Positions 53,526 through 64,000 of a stretch of 64,000 bases of DNA are shown one piece after another. The notes beneath the pieces are model-generated. The model was not told the DNA's origin, ran no database searches, and saw only the letters and a program-made list of their open reading frames with translations. The stretch lies in assembly GCA_016748015.1 (NCBI GenBank), contig JAAOMT010000519.1, forward strand, positions 202,046-266,045, written 5' to 3'. This DNA is from Geosiphon pyriformis uo1. Its lineage: Eukaryota > Fungi > Glomeromycota. Position 1 is the first letter of the stretch; every line of letters begins with the position of its first letter. Made by a program: the position numbers and the translations under genes.

Positions 53526-54766
53526 TTTTAATCATTACCTCTTGTTTTTATGTTTATTTTTTTTAAATAATTGAGAGTTCTTTATCTCCATAAATAAATC
53601 AAACGATATGATCAATTGATTTAAGATAAAAGTACTTCAAGTTTGCACCTAACGGCCCACTTTCTCGAAATGAGAAAAAAATTATCTAGAGTAAAATCGT
53701 TTCAACTTATCTTCATAGCTTTAATTATCTTCTAGTCAACCATGGAAATTAAAGTACATTGTTTCTTGGAATGGAACATTAATTCAAAGGTTTTGAAAAA
53801 AAAAATTCTTTAATTTAAAGACAAGAGTTATATTGATAATGGACAATACTTTATATAATAATATAAATACAGGTGAAGGAAAATTTTTTATAACAGCAGT
53901 AAATATTCAGGAAGAGAAAATTTTTCTTATTGGATTGGTGACAGAACAAAATGAACTGTAAAGTATAATGGGAATACAGGTATATATTTTTGGCATTTTA
54001 AAATAGATAAAACTTTTAGTTTTAATGTCCTAAGAAATTTTAAAGATAAACAATTCATTTTTCTTGTATTTTTTATAATTACAAAAAAGTGGTCATGCAG
54101 GTAAGAAGATTTATTGTTTAGAAAATTTAATCTGATATCTGAATAAAATATATAATGGTTGGTAACTTTAAGCCATTGGAGGTTTGCAACAAATATGAAA
54201 AGTTATTTTATTAAGATTTTCAAGTTAAAAATGATTTGTTTTTATAAAAGTTTGTTTAAAAAAATTCATAAATAAATATTTAATTATCTTAGCAAAGATT
54301 GATCATATTATCACTATGCAATATTATTTTTTGGTACAATCAGCATTTTATTCTTTCATATTCCATTTTAAAAAATAATATTTAAAAGAAATTTATTTAC
54401 TTTGTCTCAAAGGTGAAATTATATTTTGATTGAAACTTCCATCTTTTAAAATCTTTCAAAATTTTCTTATTGAATATTTATTAAACTATATTGTTTTATT
54501 TCAATGCCAGTAAAAAACTACAATACCATCTAAAGTTTATAATCTTAATTAGCGGGGAAAAGAACTATACATTAAAAATTATATTTCTAAAGCTATTCTG
54601 CTAAAAGCGCTCTATGTTCTAGCCTGTGATAAAAACCTAAAAATTCAGAGATCACTTTTTACCAAAATAACTTTATTTTGAATCTCAAAATAGTATCCAA
54701 TAGGATATTCTGCCAGTGAAAATTTCTAAGATATGTATTAGAGTCTTCAGAAAATATATAATCAAA

Positions 54767-56275
54767 TTAAATAAAAGCGACTATATTTTTTATAATTTGA
54801 AAAACTTCATACTCCTCAAAAAAGAAATTAACATGTTGATTTTCTGATCCAGGCATTATAGCATGCTCATAATCTGTTGTCTTTTTACAATAGCACCCTG
54901 GACTACTTTTAAAGTCATTGCCATACAAACAAATATTGCCATCTCCAAAATAAGGTCCACACTTTGACCCACCATAAGGTCCCCATCCGCTAACAAATTT
55001 GCTAAGTTTAGCATTTTTAGCTTTGCCATCTCCAAGGGAAAAAATAAAACTTCCTTTTCCCTCCAAAAAAAAATTCCTAGAATGCCACGATTGTGGGTTA
55101 TAGCCACCAATTAGTTGACCAGTTCCTTTCACTTTAATTACGCTTACTGTTGCTCCTTTATAATCACATGATCGATGAAAACCGGCTGGAGTGAATCCGT
55201 CTCGGCTGCCTCGAAGTAACAATTTAAAATGATTTCCAACTTGATCCTCAAAAGGAGTATTTTCGTCTTTGCCTTGAATCCAATGATCAAGCTGTTTTAT
55301 ATTATGCAATTGAATGAGCTTCGAATCAAAAGTGAATCGCAATGGCTGAGCTTCTACAGATTTTTGATGACTACCCGGTACGAGATAATGATGTAAAAGA
55401 TCTTCATATAAAGTTCCAGGTAAGATTTTCGCAAATGGTTTTACTTTGTGATAAAAGTCAACTGAAGATATGTTAAAGAAGCGGATTAAAGGTAGAAGCC
55501 TTTCAATAGATTCCTTAAAGGTGTTAAAGTTTTCATCTGTCCAGTAAAGAACTTTTTTCAGCTGAATATTTGGATCTAATTTAGCAACTCCCCATTCCAC
55601 AATCTTTTCCCATATCTTTGATTCTTCTATATTTAGGTAATCCCGGGTTAATATTGAGGAAAGAGCCCTTTCACTAAGAGAGGTTAAATCTTGGTTGACG
55701 ACTATAGCTTGATGTTTGGCAGTTATTTCGGTGCATAAATTTTGTAACTTTTTGAAAGAATCATGCATAAATGACGTATTCTGCAAAGTATCGATATTTT
55801 CTTCTAGCTCTTCTGCATTATATTCAATCAAATAGTCTTCAAGATGATCAATAAGATTCTCTAGAATAAGTTCGTCAGCGGTAACAAGCAATTCTAAAAT
55901 GGTAGGCACTTCATGTTTATCAAGAGAGATCTCGCCGTTATAAATATATCTTTACAGAAAAATAAAACATATGAATTTATGTTGGCCAAAATATTTTGAA
56001 GTAAATAAAAAGCCTTACCTGAGAATTATATCAAAAATTTTGGGTGAAATATTAGGTTTAGCGAAAATAATGGTATTATTTTCTTTTTTAACCCAATTAC
56101 TAGAGAGTGCTACAGCAAAATATGGTGATCTTGCTGCTAAAATTTGTGAATGAGCATGAAAAATTTTGATATTGGGGGCCTTTCCAACAGCAATCCTAAC
56201 ATCAGAGAATTCCTGACTATCTAATAAATTCCCGAAATCATTGGATAAAGCGTGAAAGAATTGCTTGGGTGCCAT
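54767..56275 (-). CDS. BTB/POZ-BACK-TLDc domain protein, ~479 aa
   Basis: Exons 56275-56019 and 55949-54767 (1440 nt). BTB LSNDFGNLL..SDVRI.VG..FHAHSQILAARSPYF..NISPKIFDIILR|YIYNG; BACK IEESKIWEKIVEWG, LPLIRF; TLDc FKLLLRGSRDGF..FH..CD.KGAT..LIGGYNP.SW..GPYFG..EYEVFQI. Confidence 0.93.
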
Positions 56276-58199
56276 TGATAGAGTATGAGTAATCTGCCTT
56301 AGATCTATTAGTATTTATGCAATTGGAGTAACACATATTATCCCTTAAATATATTGTCTGAGATCTGCAACTTGCTGCAATCAAATCGTCTTCGAAGATT
56401 AAAAGCCTCTATTCGATATCTAAACAGCTGAATTTTCGGTTTTTTTGATCAAGTATAACACTTTTGATCTAAATATGATTTACTTCTAGGTAGATTATTT
56501 TACTACCCAAAATGTACTATAACCGAGTGAAACTTTTGGTTTCAAAAGTCCCAATATATCAAAAAAATTCAATTTTAATAATCAGCTTTAAAAGTTAGAT
56601 GTCACTTTTGTATTCTTTATATTACAATATATAATAATAACAGGCTAAAAAACATATTTATCATTTATTTTTTATATTATTTAATAAGAATCTCATCCCA
56701 TAATGAAAAAATATTCCGTCTCTAGTAATATTTAATATTATTATGATATCCTGATATAGAGGTAACCACTATTCAATTAATTCACTTAAAATTACCATTA
56801 ATTGTCCTTGTTTTGAATACTGAGATAAGGCAAATAATAAAAAAACTTTATAATAAGATTTTATATTAAACTTGAATCTTATTTTTATTATCATGAAAAT
56901 AAGCCTAAAAAACCTCATACTTATCAAATAAATATGACAGTATGCATAAATGAAAATGGCTAACATTGTAAATTAAATGTTTTTAATTTAAATTATTATT
57001 TTAACCTAGTAAAAATTTAAACCATAATTTTTTTCTTATTATTTTCTATGAATAAAACTCCATGCTATAAGTTTATTTTTAAAATATATTCATATGTAAA
57101 TATCATTGATAAGGAAATGTTTTATAATCAATAGCCCTGAAAGTCAAAAGCATATGGGTGCTTATTATAATAATAAAACATTTTTTTTTGAATTTACTAC
57201 TTAATTTAAGAGTAACTTAAAAGTTTTAGTAAAAATAAATGTTATAAGGTATATATGCTATAAAAAATTGCACATGATTAAAGGGTCCGTTAAATGTATT
57301 AAACTAGCAACATTAAAATAATTTAAAAAGAATAATTGTGGTGGAAAATCTATTATTGATAAACGTTCTAAAACATCTGTTTACCGCCGAAAATCTGATC
57401 TAAAATCAAACTCCATTGGTTGTAACTCTTTTGTAATTCCATAGCATTCAATGATATATTTGCAGTAGGGACAAAAAAAAATGCGTAAAAAACTATTTCG
57501 ATACAATTTTCAATGTTAAAAAAGAAATAATAAAAACAATATGGTTTTCTTAAAAGAAAATAGATTATTTGGATTGATATATTCGATATTTTAGCTGTTT
57601 TAAGACATTTCAAAAGGAATTTTCGCAACCCCACTTTGTTTATACTTTTTCTCGGAATTGAATTCTGCCTCTCTCTTATCTGCTCTTAAGAATAACAAAT
57701 CCTCCTATTTCCACTTGATCTAAAATTATTATTTCATTGGGAGAAATCCATTCCAGACATCCTTTGCAGCTTTCAAATTTATATACTTTTAAATTTAGAC
57801 ATTTTCACTAGTCCATGTTCTCCAGGTCTTTAAAATTGGTGAAGATTTAAAAAATTTACACCAAAGTAGATTTTCGAATGTGTAATAATATTCTAAACAT
57901 TTCAACAAGCCGATTTTATATCTCTTTTGTCAATATCACAAAATAAACATCTAGGAGATCTAGTAGTATGAATATGCCAAGCTGCCACCTAAAAGCTAAT
58001 GGTAAAAAAGCTTCAAAATCCAAAAATTCCCCTTTAGAGTCATTTCAATAGATTAAGCTATTTGCTTTTGCTGCTTTTAAATGCATTTTCTAAATTTTTT
58101 GTTGTTCCCGATAAATTTTTGTGGTTTTTTTCGTCACATGATTGAAGTTTGTTGCATTAAAAAAAAATATGTGAAGCAAACTTTATGATAATAAAAAAT

Positions 58200-59340
58200 T
58201 GGAAATTGTTAAAATAAATAAATATCGAAATTCAATTTGTTGACTTTTGAAAAAAATTCAATATTTAGAAATTATAACAATATTATTGTTTTATAAATAA
58301 TATTTGCACTGAGTATTAATTTATTCTTTGAACAAATAATTTCTTAAATTTTATAATTTGTTATAAAAAATATAATAAAAAACCAATAAAACCAAAATTT
58401 AACAATTTAAAAATAAAATATATTTATATTATTTTTAAAACTTTTAATTATTAAATTGCTAATACTTAAATAATTAAATGTTTTTTATAGTTTTGCAAAT
58501 ATATCTTTCAAGAAAGACAAATAATCAAAGACAATAATTGAATCAATTATCAAATTAATTAATTCAGTAAATAATAGTTATTGTATTTCAGTTGTTTAAA
58601 TTATTTAAAAAAAAAGTGAAAAGCTATTTTAAGAGCTTTTTTATCTTTTAATCTATTGGCTTTTAAAAATTATTTATTAAAAAATTAGTGTACATAATAT
58701 CACAAGTTTTAAAATTAATTGATCAAAAGTTATAAATCTGATTTCTTGTAAGAAGTTTTTTAATATATATTATATAATGTAGTTTTGATTCAGGTAGCTG
58801 GTCACATGTAAAAATTGAATGAACCGTATTTATTATAATATATATATATATATGCTGTGTGTAATTAGATAGTAGTTGAATTACATTCAATAAAACAATT
58901 TTTTTTAAAAAAATAAGATTTAAAATTATAATCATAATTATAAAATATTTTATATAAGCATATATAATATTATTTTAAAAAATTAAATAAAATTAAAATA
59001 TATTTATTTTATTTTTATTTGTAAAAAAAAATTAATTTTTAAAATCTGTCAAATTTCGAGAAATAATAATAATTATAATTATTAAGAATATAACAAAAAT
59101 ATTAATAAAAATATTTACTTAATATATTTATACAAAATGAAAAATAATTTGTATTTTATAAATTTTAACATAACAAAAAAGACATGATATAATATTAAAC
59201 TAAAATTAAAATATTATTTTTAAAAAAGTTATAAAAAACTAAATTTACACAATATCTTTATATATATATATATAAAGATATAGAAAGTAAACTAATAAAA
59301 TTATTCATAATTCAAAATATATAATCTTGAATTGATAATT
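58200..59340. mobile_element. AT-extreme block, probable decayed repeat
   Basis: G/C-depleted; the only ORF is a low-complexity I/N/Y/K artefact. Confidence 0.28.
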
Positions 59341-59838
59341 TATTAAGCCAATTAATCCCATTGTTGGTATCGAGCCTAAGATTTAAATATTTTCACTACC
59401 ATTCATTCATGTTTCTTGAATATGAATAGAGTTCTACCTGAAATAAATATTGAAAGTTTTGCTTTCTTATTTCTTAGAATTCCCCGTTATCGCAACTCAT
59501 TTCCTCAATAATTTCAATTAATACTGTAATCAGTCATACAAAGCCAAAAAGGATTGTAAATTAAATGCTGATGAGTGCATATATGGACAATAAATGAATC
59601 AGTGCAGATTGTAAAATACCAGTTTTATATCAGGTTGTCAGCTGACTAAAATCAGGAAAAATCTTTTGCCCCAAAATTTTATTCAGCAAGAAAAAAAAGG
59701 GCTCGAATAATTTATACGCATTGAATTTATTATTCATTTGTCTACCTTTTGTTCTAAAAGATAACTAAGTGGAGTGGAATTCCACAAATTGAATATCATT
59801 CTAAAATTATATAAAGTGAAAATATCTAACAAAATTAC

Positions 59839-60620
59839 AATTTTTCGTTCTTCATTTGAGAACTATAAATCAGGTAACTAGAAAGTAAAAAAGAAAAAAA
59901 AATTTTTTTTTTACTCTTCTTATATAATTGCCAATCAGTTATTTATATATTACCACTTTACAGAAAATGAAACCAATGGTTGGTGAGGATATTGATTATT
60001 GATTAGTTTTTTAGCTTTAAAGATTTGATCTAATTTAGTAAATAGAAATTGAGCATTGTTGTCAAGTGGAATTAGTTTGTTTTCCAAGCTCAATGAGCTA
60101 ATTGGGATATATGGAAGAGATCTAAATCTGTAATCATATTTCACTTGATAAATATTAAAATATAAAAGGAAAGTGTTTATCATGATTAATAATTTGATTC
60201 AATTTAATATGACCACAATTGAACTCAAAAAATCAAATAATTTTAAATAATAATAAATGTACCTTTTATTCGGGATTCATTTACTTTCTGATAAGTTGGA
60301 GTTTTCAGAGACACTTTTTTTACAAACGAGCCACATAAGTATTGCTTGTTTCTTAATTTTGAATTTTGAGATGACTTGTTAAAAAAATTGGATGGTTCAC
60401 TTTTTGAAAAATTTGTTGAGATGATTGGTTTTCTTTGAATCTCTTTGAGATTAGTATCAGGTTCAATATGCTCGTAAGACATAAGTCTATTAAATGAGGA
60501 TATAAGTGATTGTTCATGGTCTTGTATTTCTGTATTATTAATACAGTAATTGACTTGAACGGATTTGTCTTTGACATTGAATAAATTTTGATAGTGTTGT
60601 AATGGAAAAGTTTCGTCCAT
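59839..60620 (-). CDS. Hypothetical multi-exon gene; 3' end not resolved
   Basis: Exons 60620-60263, 60143-59954 and 59877-59839 join in frame at GT..AG sites (RIK|VKYDYRF...SVK|CYLIYSS). Further exons may lie down to ~59470. Confidence 0.45.
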
Positions 60621-62020
60621 TATAATTTTAACCTCAATTATCGGGCTGTGATGTTTGGTTATTTTATAAGCTGAATCTTTAAAGCAGAGTTTGGCTACAA
60701 TTAATGAAGATCAGTTAAATAAAGTGTGATGGACTTTTTTGTGATGAAATTATTATTATTATTATTATTATTATTATTTTTATTTTTTGAAAAGTTGAGG
60801 CTTTATTTATATAAAAATTTTCATATATTTGAGAATTTCAATAATGAATAAATTATAAAAATTTATAAACTTTCGAAATTGGAAGTTTAGAAGCTTTATA
60901 TAAAGATCAAAAAACTTTGAAACTTAAAAAAGCCTGCTATTATTACGATCACCCCTTTTTCAATCATTTCGTTTCATTTAAACAATTTTTTTTCTGGTAA
61001 CATACCCCTTAATCTAGGTGAAATTGAAGATAATAAAAATAGATTTTCTTCTAGTCTATTTTACAATCATCACGCATGATTGTTTGACAAAGAAATTTTT
61101 ATTGAGGGATGTTTTTTATTCGTAGTGTTCATCAAATGATTTCCTTGGGACGGGATTCAAATCCTATGAGTTTTATCAGTCAAAAGATTTTTTTTAATGT
61201 TTAAAGAAAAAAAAAAAAAATAGATGGCTTAAAATCTGCGATGAAAATTCCGATCGTGGAAAAAATACAGTTCCAATATTATTTTTTCACCAAAGTTTAA
61301 AAGGAAATCTCTTTAAGAGTAATTGGGCACGTGGAAAAACTTAGCCTTAAACCTTTATGTTGTTTGTTTGTTCATGTAAAAATTTTAAGCACTCCCCAGG
61401 TTTTTAATTTTCTTTAATGAATTTGTATTTGTGATTACAAAACTTATGATGATGGGAACACCTAGATCGAAGATCTACATAATGATTTGCTATGAATGAA
61501 TTATCTCTCTCTCGATCCTCAGATCGCTTTGAAAAAATTTATTATTATGCCAAAAATCATAAATTTTTGATGTTTAATAATAGAAAATTCTAAGAAAATT
61601 TGCATCAAAGGGAAAATCTTTTAAATTTACTTTTTCAGTTTAGAAGATTTCCCAATTTTCTTGAGATATGAATCTTGGCAGACATGAGAATCATTAATAA
61701 TATATAATTTTAATTATTTCATTGAGATGAAAAGATAATTAAATGCAAGTCTATGATCATTTATTCTAAATCCGTCTTTGATTTTTTATGAATTTTCATT
61801 AATGATCTTCTTCGCCATAAATTGAAAAATAAAATAAAATAAAATTTCCTTCTGACATTTAAAAACAGGAACAAAAAAATATTGTTTAAAGTAATAAAGA
61901 ACACCATTCGTCATTTTTTCCCTCTAATTCGTTTCAAGGGTAAATTTTTAAACGGCAAAAAGGACATCATAAATTCAACAAATATTTATTTATTGAAAAT
62001 TTTGGCTTAACTCGGTTTAC

Positions 62021-62080
<60 letters not shown>
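62021..62080. repeat. (ATT)n microsatellite
   Basis: Directly visible. Confidence 0.92.
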
Positions 62081-64000
62081 CACCGTCAATATAAGTCTTT
62101 GAACGGAATATTGACAATGTAACTTGCCGCTCAAAAAAATTCCTTCAGAAATGGGCTGAGCTGTAGAGCTGAACCATAAATACTTTATGTTTTTTATATT
62201 TGGGTAAAAAAATATTTATTAATTAATTAATAATTAATTAATTAATTTTCAAGATCAATTTTGTTTAAACAATGGTAAAGAAAGTTAATAATTTTTTTCT
62301 CTTCTAAAAACGATTAGCTAAATTCTGAATTAAAATAATATTATGGGTAAAAAAATTTATCAAAGGATATTTGTCATCATTTTGGATTGATGATCTTAGA
62401 TTTATTTAGCTTCCCAAGTGGTTGAATGAAAATTTATGATTAATTTTCCAGTGAAAATATTTGCTTACTTAATTTTTGATAAATCAAAAAATTACAATAT
62501 AAAGTTTTAGATTATTGTTATTCCCATAAAACATCAGAAAATTTTTTAGTTTTTTTTTTTTCCAGGCAGCTCGTTAATTAAAATAGATCAGCTGGGGGGT
62601 TGATCAAACACATGAATTTACTAAGCTTTAAAAAAAAAAATTTGAATTGAAAATTTTTATTTTAAGAAGTTAATAGAAAATCCTTTATAAAAAAAAGTTT
62701 CTCTATTCCAAAATAATTTTTTTTTCCAATGTTTTTCATAAAGAACACTCAGGAGTTTATATTAAAAAGAGAATTTCCCAAGAAATTAGTAAAAGGTAAA
62801 TATAAAATATCAAAAAGATATACTTCTAAATCATGACTAAACAAAATTTCGATATCGATAGGAAATTTTTCATTTCGGCGATTAGCTCAAGGAAAATTAA
62901 GTCTGAGAATAAACATAGATATTGAAGTGAACTACCCTCAAAATTGGACTTTTATTTCACGAATTTAGGATATGATGAGCAGGCTTTTAATTCAATTAAT
63001 TGCTTTTTTCCCAAGGGTCTAAGCCTAACTTAAGAGTTTTTTTGTGGAAGTAAACACAGAAAAAATCTATTATTTGTATTACGATCCTATTTTTAGGGAT
63101 TTACCTAATTATCTTGCATAAATAAAAAATGGGAAATTTAATATCGAATATGATTATAATAAAAACTAATCTTACCATTTATTGAGATTTTAATAATAAT
63201 TTTGACAAGATAATATTTATTTCTAGAAGTAACAATATCATAAAAAACATGCTTATATTCTTTTGTTTTGTAATTGAATCAATATCAATTTTTATTCGAT
63301 AAAAATGAACTTTTAAAAAACATTTTGTAACATAGTTTTTTATATGGATTAATTGTTCACCATAGTAAATTTCTTCATTAGTTAAGTCATTCATTCAAGA
63401 TATCTAGATTGTCGAAAATTATTTTGTGAATCTAACTCATATATAGAAAAAAATAGAAAGATGCTTATAAAAAAAAAATTATTATAAACAATTCATGAAT
63501 TTATTTCTTTTATTTCTTTGAGATTCATAAAAATTATATTAGAAAATAAGATTCATTCTAAAAAATCTATTTTAAAACTATTTATCATAGATAATGGAAT
63601 TCGAAATCATCTTTCTTTGTTCCCTATTTCAAGTAAGTCAATTTTATTTAAAAAAATAACTTAAATCTAATTAGCTAAAGTTATGCCATAAAAGTAAATT
63701 AATAAAAAATTTTAATAAAAACTATTATATTATATTATATTATAATCTAATCTTAAAAAAATTATCGGATTAAAAAAATGCCGAAAAAGAAGCCCAAATA
63801 TTTTCTAATCTCACATTCAGATTCAGTCGAAAAAACTTAAAAATGTTTTAGAGTAAAAAAAAATTATAGAATGCAAACATCTCCTTTTAAAACTATTTAA
63901 AATAGGTTTAAATCAATTAAATTTTTTTAGAAAAAATTATCATTTAATTCTTTGTGGTCCTTAAAAAGTTAATTTTGATTGTTTTAATTAAAAAAGCCAA

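Noticed and set aside
57368-57900. Minus-strand 88-aa ORF and nearby coding-like text
   Set aside because: Non-ATG start, low-complexity F/I/K composition, no domain.
61146-61172. gggacgggattcaaatcc, resembling a reversed tRNA T-arm
   Set aside because: Mismatch in the B-box core and no acceptor, D or anticodon stems.
1-64000. CRISPR arrays, rRNA, prokaryotic operons, endobacterial or viral inserts, intact transposase/RT ORFs
   Set aside because: No regularly spaced repeats or rRNA-like sequence. Nearly all genes have spliceosomal introns, and no long intronless ORF with RT, integrase or transposase motifs is present.

Overview
Eukaryotic, intron-rich, very AT-rich fungal DNA. The gene content (BTB-BACK-TLDc genes, F-box genes of the LPPPEGM..GCQ.C type, Mucor-type chitin deacetylase, class 3 lipases) points to Mucoromycota, most likely Glomeromycotina; a Geosiphon-like genome is an unverified inference. 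Splicing the ORF fragments by hand at GT..AG sites, with frame checks, gives about 17 genes. These are: a class 3 lipase, two BTB-BACK-TLDc proteins, two chitin deacetylases (one secreted with a hevein/CBM18 module, one probably GPI-anchored), a 5-exon single-C2 gene absent from the ORF track, a convergent pair of secreted Cu-only SODs, two F-box genes, a 4TM+SH3 protein, a class II aldolase next to a JEN1-type transporter with a rewritten signature motif, a VCX1/CAX Ca2+/H+ exchanger, and three hypothetical proteins. There is also a broken lipase locus, several extremely AT-rich blocks that are probably decayed transposons, microsatellites and G-quadruplex motifs. No rRNA, intact tRNA, CRISPR array or intact transposon ORF was seen. 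The most notable pattern is a concentration of secreted and cell-surface enzymes (chitin deacetylases, Cu-only SODs, lipases), with the trio lipase + BTB-TLDc + chitin deacetylase recurring at both ends of the window. Whether this is a functional system cannot be decided from the sequence alone.
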